DNA of 64,000 bases, taken from positions 268,278 through 332,277 of the forward strand of contig BPGT01000003.1 in assembly GCA_026003175.1 (NCBI GenBank). Direction: 5' to 3'. Numbering within the stretch: the stretch's first letter is position 1; the number at the start of each line of letters is the position of its first letter. The stretch is from Armatimonadota bacterium. GTDB lineage: Bacteria; Armatimonadota; HRBIN16. Both the position numbers and the translations under genes were made by a program. Positions 30,670 through 40,420 of the stretch are shown piece by piece. The notes under the pieces were generated by a model. That model saw only the letters and a program-made list of their open reading frames with translations. It did no database searches and had not been told where the DNA came from.

Positions 30670-31443
30670 ATGAAAAAACTTCTGCTGTTGACCGTGCTGA
30701 GTCTGGGGCTGATTACCTGGGCAAATGCACAGGTCACCAATGTCGTCATTCTGGACCGAGTGTTCAATGACGACACCGACTCCATTTCCAGCCACATCAA
30801 GGCGCTGCCTGCGGTGCTGCTCTCCGACAACAAGGTGGACGGCGACGGCGCCGCGCCGGACTGGGCGAATCGGCATGCGTGGTTTGTGTCCAGCGATGGC
30901 ATGAACTCCCTGCAGATTCCGCTGAGCCAATCGTGGAAGCTGGAGTTTGACCTCACGCTCATCGGCAGCCCGGTTGCTCCGCGCAAGGAGGCGGGGTTCC
31001 TGATCCGCATCGGCATGCCCTGGGGCTACTCGGAGGGGCAGTTCATCGTTAACACCGATGCTCATGAGGTAGTCGCTTTCGGCTGGCCCTTCCCCTTCTA
31101 CAGCTTCGGCGCTAGCCACGGGCTGTCGTACAACTCCGGTGACACCATCCATCTGGGCGTGCAGTTCTTCCAGGACCCGAGCGATAACCTGTACAAAGTG
31201 ATTTACTCGGCGAACGGTATCGACAGCCCCGCCCTGGCACTGGACTACGTGGACCCGAACCACCCGTGGATTACGCCGGGCGGCTACTTGCAGGTGCAGG
31301 TGATGGCGGGAAATCCCCGAAACGGCGGTGCTGCGCTGTTCAATAACATCCTGTGGAACGGCGCTCCGGTACCTGAACCTGCCAGCGTTGCGGTGCTCGG
31401 GCTGGGAGTGGTAGCGCTGGCTTTGCGCAGGCAGAAGAAGTAG
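30670..31443 (+). CDS. PEP-CTERM sorting domain protein
   Basis: Signal peptide, C-terminal VPEPASVAVLGLGVVALALRRQKK, RBS AAGGAGG. Confidence 0.93.
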   Translation: MKKLLLLTVLSLGLITWANAQVTNVVILDRVFNDDTDSISSHIKALPAVLLSDNKVDGDGAAPDWANRHAWFVSSDGMNSLQIPLSQSWKLEFDLTLIGSPVAPRKEAGFLIRIGMPWGYSEGQFIVNTDAHEVVAFGWPFPFYSFGASHGLSYNSGDTIHLGVQFFQDPSDNLYKVIYSANGIDSPALALDYVDPNHPWITPGGYLQVQVMAGNPRNGGAALFNNILWNGAPVPEPASVAVLGLGVVALALRRQKK

Positions 31444-31465
31444 TTTTTGAGCCTGTTGTTGCTTC

Positions 31466-31504
31466 GCCCCCGACGTTGTGTGTGGCGTCGGGGGCAATTT
31501 GTTT
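31466..31504 (+). terminator. Probable terminator
   Basis: GCCCCCGACG/CGTCGGGGGC stem between convergent genes. Confidence 0.6.
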
Positions 31505-31522
31505 GAGGAATAGGGAGTCCCT

Positions 31523-33472
31523 TCACGTCAGAAACTGGTATATCGGCACATCGAATATCTTTCCACACAGCGCCCATCCTGCCTGTGTTACGATGTCGCC
31601 CAGCGTCACCCCTACGAAGAACGCCAGACTGCGCCGGTAGCCTTTGCTCCCGCCGAAACGCTGTACCAGCACTTTCGCGCTCCACGCAATGAGGAAGGTG
31701 AGGAAGAAGGCGTTCATCGTAATCGTGTTCGCCATCACGTAGCCCACCGGGTGCAAAGGGAAGACATTCAAGCGCGCCCGCAGGCTGGCGAGCAACAGCG
31801 TGAAAACGCCTCCGGCACAAGCCGCCAGCACCCCACTCTTATCCCAGGCGACCCGCGTGCTGGCAAGAGAGTGCATCTGCTGCATCCCATACTGCACCTT
31901 CCACATTGCATAGGCGTTGCTTTTAGCGGTCGCCGCGCCGAGTGCGTAGAAATTGGTGAGGCTACTCCACCATCCTACCGCCAGCGCGGTGAGCGTGCCT
32001 ATCGCTACCCAAGCCAGCACCGTGCGCCAGCGCAAGCCGACCGAATCAGCGATTTTGAGCCCTTCCATCAGGTAGGGCAGCGACTGTGCACGGATGTCTA
32101 CATGCACGAGGTCAAAATAGCCGCCCGCCACTACCGCGCTCTCCGGAAGGTTCTGCGTGCCCAGTACTGCGTTCGCCACCCGATGAGGCGTCCATGTGGC
32201 GGGAGCGAACGTCCACTGCCCACCCGCCTCAGCGCGGATGCGTGCCCCGCTCAGCACGTATGTCACATATACCCCGATAATCATCAGCGCGAACAGGGGT
32301 GGGATGCCGGTCGCCATCATCATCAGCGCGCACAGCAAAGCACACCCCAGTGCCAGCCAACCTAACAGACGCACGGTGCGCAACTCGTCGGGCGTCAGGT
32401 GGCGAAGGAGGCTCTTCCAGTGGTAACGCGCTCCCCAACCCACCATGAGCGCAAAGGCAATCCACGCGCCTGCCGCCTGCTCCTCTTTATAGGGGAAGCG
32501 TGCTGCGGCGGTATCGCCTACCTCTAACCCGAACGCCGCGCCCACCACGTACAACAACCGCGTGACCAACCAGAAGAACCAGCAGCTGAAACTGATACTG
32601 CTCGGCACGAAATACGCCAGCCCCACCGCCATCGGGTAGATGCCCAGCGGGAAATCGGGGAAAGCGTTCCACGGCGGAGACTGAAAAAGGGGGATTTTGA
32701 CATAGGTCGCCTTCAACTGTATCGCCGGGATAGCGGGATACCAGTCGTGCAGTACCAGCAGACTCTGCATCACTGCAGGAATGGCAAAGCCCAACCAGAA
32801 CAGCGGTCGTCGCAAGAGGTCGTCCTGCGGGGCGGTCAGCTGCAGGGGCAGTACGGTGATGGGAAAAGTTAGCCGTTCCTGTCGTATCCAGATGCGATGC
32901 AGCACCGCCGCCAACCCTATCCAGATGCCTGTGAGCAACACCAGGTATAGGCTCCAGAAGAGAATAGGGGTTATCCACGCTTGCCAAGGCACACTGCTTT
33001 GCCCACGATACAGAGCGCGGATGGCTTCGGGGTCATGCAGGATGGGCAGGTGAGCGAGATAGGGCAGGTAACGGTTCCACTGAGGTTGTGTCTGCGCGAA
33101 GTAAGGGAAGAAGCCCATGCCTGGCATCAAGAAACGCAACCCGCCAAAGCCGACGATGGGGATGGTGGCAGTGAGCACAATATAGCCCATTAGCAGCTCC
33201 TCGCGGGTGAACGGCAGCCATCGGCGTAGCAGGCGCACGAACAGCAGGTACAGCGCAGTAGGCATCATCAGCGAGTAGCAAATAAGATAGATACTGCGGG
33301 CGATTTCGCTGTCCGCCACCCACCACACCATCACCGCCTGCGTCAGCAGGATGAACAGAGCAAGGCGTGGACGGATACCCGCAATCGTTATCCCACGCAG
33401 CTGCTCGACAACTCGCCCGGTACGCACCGTGCTATCGGTAACGAGATGCAACGGTGTTTGCCCCCCGAACAT
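31523..33472 (-). CDS. DUF6785/DUF6784 polytopic membrane protein (putative transporter)
   Basis: Many TM helices, ERLTFPI, RIRAEAG, FPLHPVGY, FFVGVTLGD motifs. Confidence 0.82.
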   Translation of the reverse strand: MFGGQTPLHLVTDSTVRTGRVVEQLRGITIAGIRPRLALFILLTQAVMVWWVADSEIARSIYLICYSLMMPTALYLLFVRLLRRWLPFTREELLMGYIVLTATIPIVGFGGLRFLMPGMGFFPYFAQTQPQWNRYLPYLAHLPILHDPEAIRALYRGQSSVPWQAWITPILFWSLYLVLLTGIWIGLAAVLHRIWIRQERLTFPITVLPLQLTAPQDDLLRRPLFWLGFAIPAVMQSLLVLHDWYPAIPAIQLKATYVKIPLFQSPPWNAFPDFPLGIYPMAVGLAYFVPSSISFSCWFFWLVTRLLYVVGAAFGLEVGDTAAARFPYKEEQAAGAWIAFALMVGWGARYHWKSLLRHLTPDELRTVRLLGWLALGCALLCALMMMATGIPPLFALMIIGVYVTYVLSGARIRAEAGGQWTFAPATWTPHRVANAVLGTQNLPESAVVAGGYFDLVHVDIRAQSLPYLMEGLKIADSVGLRWRTVLAWVAIGTLTALAVGWWSSLTNFYALGAATAKSNAYAMWKVQYGMQQMHSLASTRVAWDKSGVLAACAGGVFTLLLASLRARLNVFPLHPVGYVMANTITMNAFFLTFLIAWSAKVLVQRFGGSKGYRRSLAFFVGVTLGDIVTQAGWALCGKIFDVPIYQFLT

Positions 33473-33518
33473 GATGGGGAAAGATTGGATGGAAGGGGAG
33501 GAGACTCCTGCTCAACCC

Positions 33519-35348
33519 TTAAATCGCGCTGCCCGGTCTCTGCGGTCGCTGGGCGGTTTCGCGTACCCGAATCGTGCCCACATCGCTGACCGGTGCACTC
33601 ACTTTCACCACAGGAGTTAGACCCTCCACCTGCACCGCCCCAGGCATCGGCGGCAGGCGTCGCGCCTCTACCCGCAGTAGAAGCACGTATTCGCCGTACG
33701 GCAGAGACGGAAGCTCAAAACGCCCCGATGCATCCGTTGCCACCACCCCTGCCACCACGCGCCAGTCGAAGGGACGCGCCAGCAACACCCCTCGGTCGGC
33801 GCCCGGGCGGTTGCGCGTAAACGGCAGCGCGTTCTCTCGACCGATAACACCTACGCGCACGCCCTCTGCCGGTTGTCCGTTCCACAGGATTCTTCCCGTT
33901 ATCTTACCCGCTGATGAGGTGTTTCGACGCATCTCCTCCGGTATCTGGCCCCGCTCGTACCATTGCTGCGCCTTGCGCCCATCGCCGAAGCGGGCGTACA
34001 AGTCGCCCATCGTCTGGCAGGCGCGCTGCGATTGACGGAAGGGACGGGCGCGGGCATCCAGCCAGTCCAGGTACTTCCTTGCCTCCGGTGTCACCGCGCA
34101 GTTGGAGAGCGTTTCCACCATCAGCTGCACGAACTGCAGGCGTGGAGCACGTTCGATGCACAGGCGGTCCACCTCTAAACTGCGCACGGGGTCCCAGTCG
34201 ATAGAACGCACATCGTGCAGATGCACAAACAGCGGGCGCGCCAGTATGGTCTGGTAGCGCCGTGCCCGCAGGTACTGTTCCACTTTGTAGGTCACGCCCG
34301 GCTCGTTGGGGAAGCCTACGATAGTCTGGAAGGGGATTCGCGCCACGCGTGTTTTGCCATCGGATGCAAGCAGCAGCACCGTATCCGTTCCCGCCGCACC
34401 GAAGGGGATTTGCTCCCTTTCCGCCATTCGAGGCAAGATGCGCTTGTAGTCCATCCTGCCGATGACGAGCCCGTAAAACAGCCACACTGCAGCCAGCGTT
34501 GCCACAGACAGGGGCACCAGTGCTGCCGCCAGCGCACGCACTCGTTGGTGGTAGCCCTGCGCCGGGGCGACAACAGCTGTCCATAAGCTTGCCCAGCAGA
34601 AGCTGCCCGCCGCCGCAATCGCCAGCGAGATGCCCACAAAGGTCAACCAGCCGCGCGGGTTCAGGTCAGCCAGCCCCTGCACACCGCCCGGCGGCACGAA
34701 AACGGTGGGGAAGTCAAACATAAACCGGTAGAGCGCCGCACCGAAGTCGAAACCGGTAAACTGCAGTACCAGCGCACCCACCAGCCCGCACGCAATGCCT
34801 CCTGTTGCTAACCTTACCAGCGCCCAGCCGCTTATCCGCTTCCTGTAAAACAACCAGCCCGCTCCTCCATCTTCCGACCACAGCAGAGCGGATGTAAGAC
34901 AAACGGCGCCGCAGAGCAGCATCAATCCCTGCATGGACCGGTTGGACGCATCCCCAATCCACAACACCATCAGCAATCCGGCGCCCAGCCATACCGCCGT
35001 CAGCGTGACAAGTCGCACCCAGCCGCGCCTGTCGCTCAGCCAGGAGACGAAGGAAGGGGTTGCCATGCGCAAAGCGATTACCAGCAGTGAGAAATAGACC
35101 GCCACCAGTAACACCGCGCGTAACGGCAACGTCACGGAGCCCACCACCGAAATCCACCGCACCAGCGCAGACGACCACGCCAGCGTATCCGGTATGGGTA
35201 ATCCTGAGGCATCCAACGAGCGCAATACAGCCGGCAGGATGCGCAGCGTTTCGATATGCACCCGCAGGAAGGTGGGTATCATGCCCAGAACGGCAAAGCA
35301 CAGACCTGCCAGCCATACCCGCCGCACCGGAAGCGACCTTTCCATCAC
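33519..35348 (-). CDS. Membrane protein with C-terminal TPR-like and carboxypeptidase-regulatory-like domains
   Basis: About 8 TM helices, then GKITGRILWNGQPAEGVRV...TDASGRFELPSLPYGEY. Confidence 0.75.
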   Translation of the reverse strand: MMERSLPVRRVWLAGLCFAVLGMIPTFLRVHIETLRILPAVLRSLDASGLPIPDTLAWSSALVRWISVVGSVTLPLRAVLLVAVYFSLLVIALRMATPSFVSWLSDRRGWVRLVTLTAVWLGAGLLMVLWIGDASNRSMQGLMLLCGAVCLTSALLWSEDGGAGWLFYRKRISGWALVRLATGGIACGLVGALVLQFTGFDFGAALYRFMFDFPTVFVPPGGVQGLADLNPRGWLTFVGISLAIAAAGSFCWASLWTAVVAPAQGYHQRVRALAAALVPLSVATLAAVWLFYGLVIGRMDYKRILPRMAEREQIPFGAAGTDTVLLLASDGKTRVARIPFQTIVGFPNEPGVTYKVEQYLRARRYQTILARPLFVHLHDVRSIDWDPVRSLEVDRLCIERAPRLQFVQLMVETLSNCAVTPEARKYLDWLDARARPFRQSQRACQTMGDLYARFGDGRKAQQWYERGQIPEEMRRNTSSAGKITGRILWNGQPAEGVRVGVIGRENALPFTRNRPGADRGVLLARPFDWRVVAGVVATDASGRFELPSLPYGEYVLLLRVEARRLPPMPGAVQVEGLTPVVKVSAPVSDVGTIRVRETAQRPQRPGSAI

Positions 35349-36571
35349 CTACTCTCCAGAGGCAGGTCTATCATCAACACGTCCACAGTGTCCCCTTGCC
35401 GTAAATCGCTTCTGGCTGGAGCCACAATCAGCGCGTTCGCACCCACCATCGACGCCACCATGCCTGACTCCTGCGCTCCCGTAGAGCACACCAGCCACCT
35501 GCCCTCGCTCCAGCGCAGTCGCCCGCGAATATATTCCCGTCTGCCGCCAATGGTGCCGAGGTCGTGCTCCAGCATCGCCTGTACCCGGGGGCGGAAAAGC
35601 GAGTTATGCCCCATCATCTTACGCAGGGCGGGCCTCACGAACAGTTCGAAAGTGACCATTGCCGAAACGGGGTTGCCCGGTAACCCCGCGAACACAGCCT
35701 GCCCCACACGCCCGAAGGCTATCGGCTTGCCCGGCTTGATGGCAACGCGCCAGAAACGCAGCTCCCCCAGGTTCTCCACCGCCTGCTTGACGAAATCCCG
35801 CTCGCCGACCGACACGCCGCCAGCTGTCAACACCATGTCGTACCCTCGCGCCTGCGCCAGCGCGTCGCGCGTGGCAACGGGGTCGTCGGGAACATGCAGG
35901 TGCTCCAGAATCGCTCCCGTTTCGTGTATCTGCACCGACAGGGCGTAGCGGTTGCTGTTGTAGATTTTGCCCAGAGGCAGTGGTTGACCTGGCTCCACCA
36001 GTTCGTCGCCGGTGGTGAGCAGACAAACTCTTGCAGGGCGTACTACGGAAGCAGTGTTCCTGCCAATCGCGGCAAGTACCAGTATCTCACCCGCTCCAAG
36101 ACATTGTCCTTTTTTCAGTACTGTTTCGCCCTGTGCCACTGCCTCGCCCCGTCGCCGGATATGCTGTCCGATACGGGCAGGGGATTTTATCCATACCTCC
36201 TCTCCGTGCTGTTCGGTGTCCTCTACCATTACCATTGCATCTGCGCCAGCGGGTACGGGTGCACCGGTCATTACGCGTGCCGCTTCACCGCGCCGGATGG
36301 CAAAATCGGCGATCTCGCCTGCGTTTACCGTTCCAACCACCTTCAACCGCACAGGACTGGCAGCGGAAGCGTTCGCTGCATCCTCCGCGACCACCGCGTA
36401 ACCGTCCACTGCTGCATTGTCGAAAGGCGGAATATGCACGGGGGAAACGACATCCTCCGCCAAGGCGCGTCCTACTGCCTCCAGCAGGGGCATCTCCATC
36501 GTCTCGGAGAACGTCTGCACCGACTGCAAGATGAGCTCCTGTGCCTCTTCTACGCTCAGCAGGTCTTTCAC
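35345..36571 (-). CDS. moeA: Molybdopterin molybdotransferase
   Basis: PPFDNAAVDGYA, TGDEL, GGVSVGERD, IKPGKP, GLPGNPVS. Confidence 0.95.
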   Translation of the reverse strand: MKDLLSVEEAQELILQSVQTFSETMEMPLLEAVGRALAEDVVSPVHIPPFDNAAVDGYAVVAEDAANASAASPVRLKVVGTVNAGEIADFAIRRGEAARVMTGAPVPAGADAMVMVEDTEQHGEEVWIKSPARIGQHIRRRGEAVAQGETVLKKGQCLGAGEILVLAAIGRNTASVVRPARVCLLTTGDELVEPGQPLPLGKIYNSNRYALSVQIHETGAILEHLHVPDDPVATRDALAQARGYDMVLTAGGVSVGERDFVKQAVENLGELRFWRVAIKPGKPIAFGRVGQAVFAGLPGNPVSAMVTFELFVRPALRKMMGHNSLFRPRVQAMLEHDLGTIGGRREYIRGRLRWSEGRWLVCSTGAQESGMVASMVGANALIVAPARSDLRQGDTVDVLMIDLPLESR

Positions 36572-37065
36572 TGTGCGCCTCCTTGCGGCGAATGTGAGGT
36601 GGGGTGTTCTTGAATCAGGTCGATGGCGTGCGGAAGTAACGGCAACAGCACGTCCAGGCTCTCCCGAACCGCGCGGGGGCTACCCGGCAGGTTGATGATC
36701 AGAGTACGCCCCCGGATGCCCGCCACCCCGCGTGACAGAGCGGCGAAGGGTGTTTTCTTCAACCCCTCAAGCCGCAACAGTTCGGCGATACCAGGCGCTT
36801 CGCGTTCTATCACGTCGCGCGTGGCTTCGGGCGTCACGTCACGGGGGGCGAAGCCTGTGCCTCCGGTGGTCAGGATGAGGTCGCAGACATCACACGCTTC
36901 CCGCAGCCACCCGGCGATAAGCTCGCGCTCGTCAGGCAGAGTGGCGCGTCGCACCACTTCGTAGCCGGCTGTGCGCATCGCTTCTTCCAGCACCTGGCCG
37001 GAAACATCCTCTGCCTTGCCCGCTGCGCATCGGTCGCTGATGGTTAACACGCCCGCTCGTCTCAT
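36568..37065 (-). CDS. MogA/MoaB family molybdenum cofactor biosynthesis protein
   Basis: VLTISD, TTGGTGFAPRDVTPEAT, INLPGSP. True start is probably ATG 37065, 10 nt after a TATACT -10 box. Confidence 0.93.
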   Translation of the reverse strand: MRRAGVLTISDRCAAGKAEDVSGQVLEEAMRTAGYEVVRRATLPDERELIAGWLREACDVCDLILTTGGTGFAPRDVTPEATRDVIEREAPGIAELLRLEGLKKTPFAALSRGVAGIRGRTLIINLPGSPRAVRESLDVLLPLLPHAIDLIQEHPTSHSPQGGAQ

Positions 37066-37136
37066 AGCAAGATACAGTATAGCGTGTTGTGCCTGTTTGT
37101 GTCTATGGGGTGGTTCGCAAGATGGATGTGGGAAAG

Positions 37137-37211
37137 TAGGGACGGGTTCAGAGATGCACCCGGTTTGCGGCAAATGCCGGCACGGGCAGGTTTCCAACCT
37201 GCCCGTGCTAC
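37137..37211. repeat. GTAG-type REP-like palindromes (inverted pair)
   Basis: GTAGGGACGGGTT... and GCACGGGCAGGTT-TCC-AACCTGCCCGTGC-TAC hairpin. Related remnants at about 38518-38595 and 48855-48880. Confidence 0.55.
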
Positions 37212-37222
37212 CTGCGAACATT

Positions 37223-38449
37223 TTATTCGTCGCCAATCGCGCCGAAGTTGCGCACCAGCACGCCGAAGTCGAACAGGGTAACCTCCTCATCCCCGTCCAG
37301 GTCGGCATCCGGGTTCCAGTTGCTGTCACCGGGCACACTGCCAAAGGCGGCAACCAGCGCGCCGAAGTCGAACAGCGTGACCTCGTTATCGCCGTCGATG
37401 TCGCCGTTGATAAGGTCAAAGTTTATGGCTGTACTCGGCGGGGCAATGGTCACACCACCCTTGACGGAGCGCAGCCAGTGTGAAGCCTTCGCTGCTACGT
37501 CAAATGTGCCCTTCAGTCCGGTGATAAACGCATATTGCCCGGAGCTGTTCAGGTTGACCACATGTGTCTCCACAGGTGTGGTTTCACCGGGGTTACGGAT
37601 TTCGACGGTCACCGGTACAGTGGTCACGTCTCCGCCGTAGTCACCTAGGTTCACTGTACCCGACACCTCGGCAGGGATGGGGATGCCTGCCGCCGAGGGA
37701 CCACCTAGCGCCGCGATCTCGGCGTCAGACATGGGGTAGTCACGCAGCTGCAAGCAGTTGATAAAGCCCTCCTGTGTCTCGCCGTCCTCATCCGCGAACA
37801 ACAGGAAGGTGGTTCCCAGAGAAAACCGCCCGTCCACGCCCCAGCCGCTCGGGCTCTGCACGATGTTCTGTAGCTGCCCGTTGATGTAGCAGCGGTACAC
37901 ACAGCTATCTCCACCGGAGGGGGTCGTGGTGTCGATTACCAGCGCAATACGCTGCCACACACCATCCTGGAAGCGCAGAGGGTTCCCCGGGTCCGAGTAA
38001 TTGCCCGAGATGCCCAGCCCATTGGTTCGCTCATCGCCGGGTACATCGTGGAAAATGAACCAGTCGCCGTCATTGGTGTTGTTGGGGTTGGTTTGGTAAA
38101 GGCTCACGTAGCCTGGGGTGACAGGGAACATCACGTCCATGATGATAGTGTACCGGTTCGTGTAGATCCCGCCCCCGTTCGCGCCGATGGGGTTAGGAAC
38201 GATGAAGTAGGTATTGTGTCCGGTTGTCCACGTTTCATCGCCGTCCCACCAGTCATCACCGAAGCGAACCACCTGCGCGGTCTGCCCACCGATGACAGCG
38301 GTTTCAAAGAAGAAGTTGCCCACGCCAACCAGCGGGTTGCCGATGGTGCCGTTGAGGTTGCCGTTGAAGTCCCAATGCCCCACCACGCGCTGTGCGCTCG
38401 CCGATACCGTCATGAGCAGCACGGCAATTGCTGCCATTGCCGATTTCAT
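37223..38449 (-). CDS. Secreted LamG/ConA-like protein with C-terminal dockerin/EF-hand-like domain
   Basis: Signal peptide, GHWDFNG, WQRIALV, YINGQL, tail GDIDGDNEVTLFDFG...ADLDGDEEVTLFDFG. Confidence 0.82.
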   Translation of the reverse strand: MKSAMAAIAVLLMTVSASAQRVVGHWDFNGNLNGTIGNPLVGVGNFFFETAVIGGQTAQVVRFGDDWWDGDETWTTGHNTYFIVPNPIGANGGGIYTNRYTIIMDVMFPVTPGYVSLYQTNPNNTNDGDWFIFHDVPGDERTNGLGISGNYSDPGNPLRFQDGVWQRIALVIDTTTPSGGDSCVYRCYINGQLQNIVQSPSGWGVDGRFSLGTTFLLFADEDGETQEGFINCLQLRDYPMSDAEIAALGGPSAAGIPIPAEVSGTVNLGDYGGDVTTVPVTVEIRNPGETTPVETHVVNLNSSGQYAFITGLKGTFDVAAKASHWLRSVKGGVTIAPPSTAINFDLINGDIDGDNEVTLFDFGALVAAFGSVPGDSNWNPDADLDGDEEVTLFDFGVLVRNFGAIGDE

Positions 38450-38605
38450 GGTTCGTCCTCCTCCTTTCTTGGGATGTTATGCTCAGGGCATTTCTGCCCT
38501 TGTCGCCTCAGGCAGTTGGGTTCCGAACCCGCCCCTGTATGTATGGTCTGCAGGCAAGGGCAGATTCCAGACATGCCCCTGACACCTTACCTACTGGCGA
38601 ACGTC

Positions 38606-39943
38606 TTATTCGTCGCCAATCGCACCGAAGTTGCGCACCAGCACGCCGAAATCGAACAGGGTAACCTCCTCATCCCCGTCCAAGTCGGCATCCGGGTTCC
38701 AGTTGCTGTCACCGGGCACACTGCCAAAGGCGGCAACCAGCTCGCCGAAGTCGAACAGCGTGACCTCGTTGTCGCCGTCGATGTCGCCGTTGATGAGACT
38801 CACGCCCAGCCCGGTCAAACCCTCTTTGGGCACAACCACATCGCGCACGACCACTTGCAGCCAGTGACTGGCTTTGAAGGCGAAGTCATAGGTACCCGCC
38901 ACCACGTTGGGCAGAGTGTAGTTGCCGTTCTCATCCAGCGTGAGCGTAGCGGTACGCACCAGTTGCCCTGCCTTGTACACCTTGAGGCTCACCGGCACCT
39001 GAGACACCTTCGTCGGGTCATAGTCGCTCAGTTCCACATTGCCCGTTACCGAACGGGGCGTGAACAGGATCATGCCCGGCTGTGTTAACCCACCTGCTCC
39101 CGCTGCGACGAAGGTGTCGATGAACGCGCCGGTAGTGCCGTCGTAGCGCAAGATGCGAGCGTCTCCGTAGCTGGCGAGGTAGAAACGCCCATCAGGTCCC
39201 CACTCGAACCCGTATGCGCCGTACAGCCCACCGCTGGCAGTAGGGATAAACAGCCCCATGAACGCGCCGGTGCTGCCGTTGTACTTCGCCACGCGATGGA
39301 ACAACCCACCGGAAACGTAGAGATGCCCATCCGGTCCGAAGCGGACGCCAATAGCGGGATAGAGGTTTACCGGGTCATTCACGAACACACCCATAAACGC
39401 GCCGGTCTGCCCATTGTAACGGAGCACTGTCCCGTTGGTCCACGTGGCGACGTAAAGATTGCCATCGGGACCGAAAGTAATACCGGCAGGCTGATCCAGC
39501 CCACCGCTACCGGCAGGCACAAAGGCGTCGATGAACGCCCCGGTGAGCCCATCGTAGCGCAGGATGGCGTCACCGCCATAGCTGCTTACGTACAGGTTGC
39601 CGTCGGGACCGAACTCGAGGTCGCCCGGTGAGTCCAGACCGCCGCTTCTGGGCGGCACGAAGGCATCGATAAACGCGCCCGTTACTCCGTCAAAACGCAG
39701 TATCGCGTGCTGGTCGTTACTGCACACGTACAGGTTGCCGTCGGGACCGTATTCCATCCCCTGCGGCTCATTCAACCCACCAGTTCCTGCGGGAACGAAG
39801 TCACCCAGATACGCCCCGTCTACCTCACTGAAGCGAAGGATGCGGTCGCCGTTGATGCTGCACACCAGCAGGTCAGCCAGCACTGCTGGCGCCAGTACGG
39901 TGAGAGCCAGAACGAATGTGGTCAAACGCATAATCAGTTTCAT
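38606..39943 (-). CDS. Secreted NHL/beta-propeller repeat protein with C-terminal dockerin/EF-hand-like domain
   Basis: Repeated GGL..P..(L/I).FGPDGNLYV...ILRYDG.TGAFID.FV units, same C-terminal tail as its neighbour. Confidence 0.88.
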   Translation of the reverse strand: MKLIMRLTTFVLALTVLAPAVLADLLVCSINGDRILRFSEVDGAYLGDFVPAGTGGLNEPQGMEYGPDGNLYVCSNDQHAILRFDGVTGAFIDAFVPPRSGGLDSPGDLEFGPDGNLYVSSYGGDAILRYDGLTGAFIDAFVPAGSGGLDQPAGITFGPDGNLYVATWTNGTVLRYNGQTGAFMGVFVNDPVNLYPAIGVRFGPDGHLYVSGGLFHRVAKYNGSTGAFMGLFIPTASGGLYGAYGFEWGPDGRFYLASYGDARILRYDGTTGAFIDTFVAAGAGGLTQPGMILFTPRSVTGNVELSDYDPTKVSQVPVSLKVYKAGQLVRTATLTLDENGNYTLPNVVAGTYDFAFKASHWLQVVVRDVVVPKEGLTGLGVSLINGDIDGDNEVTLFDFGELVAAFGSVPGDSNWNPDADLDGDEEVTLFDFGVLVRNFGAIGDE

Positions 39944-40420
39944 GTTAGTTCCCTCCCTTTCTCTTAAGCAATGGGACTGCGAACGATACTACATACTCTA
40001 GGATAGAGAATTCCCCCCAAAAAGTCAACAGGTTGCGATCGGAACTGGGCAAAGATTCTTGCTATGAGCACACAACACCTGCGTCCAAATCGCTCCGCGC
40101 AAAGCATCGCCTGCGAGCGGATATAGCGGGGGAAATAGTGCAGGAGTTTGTTCAAACTCCAGTCAAATGGTTGCCAAATGCAGCATCAGGCACTATAATT
40201 TATCTACGCTAAGCGGATGCGCACAGAAGAATCAAACACATTGGGGTTGCTCTTCACCCAACGGCGCTGCCTGTCCGCGGCTGAAGCCGCGCCCTCTCAA
40301 GCGAAGCCAGCCTGCGGAGGCTGGGTTTCGTCTGCAAGGGAAAGGCTTTGCCGTGTGTGTACTGCGTTGAAATTTTCGTGCGTGTTCGCTTAACAACTTA
40401 TCAGAAGTGGAGGGTGCCTG

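Noticed and set aside
36568-37419. 283-aa extended MogA/MoaB ORF
   Set aside because: The extension overlaps the upstream gene and REP sequences. The family-typical start is 37065.
37223-38797. Duplicated 3' ends as a DGR template/variable repeat pair
   Set aside because: No reverse transcriptase in the window, both copies are coding, and the few differences are mostly synonymous rather than adenine-specific diversification.
39085-39860. Approximately 130-bp periodic nucleotide repeats
   Set aside because: Coding repeats of beta-propeller blades, not a DNA-level array.
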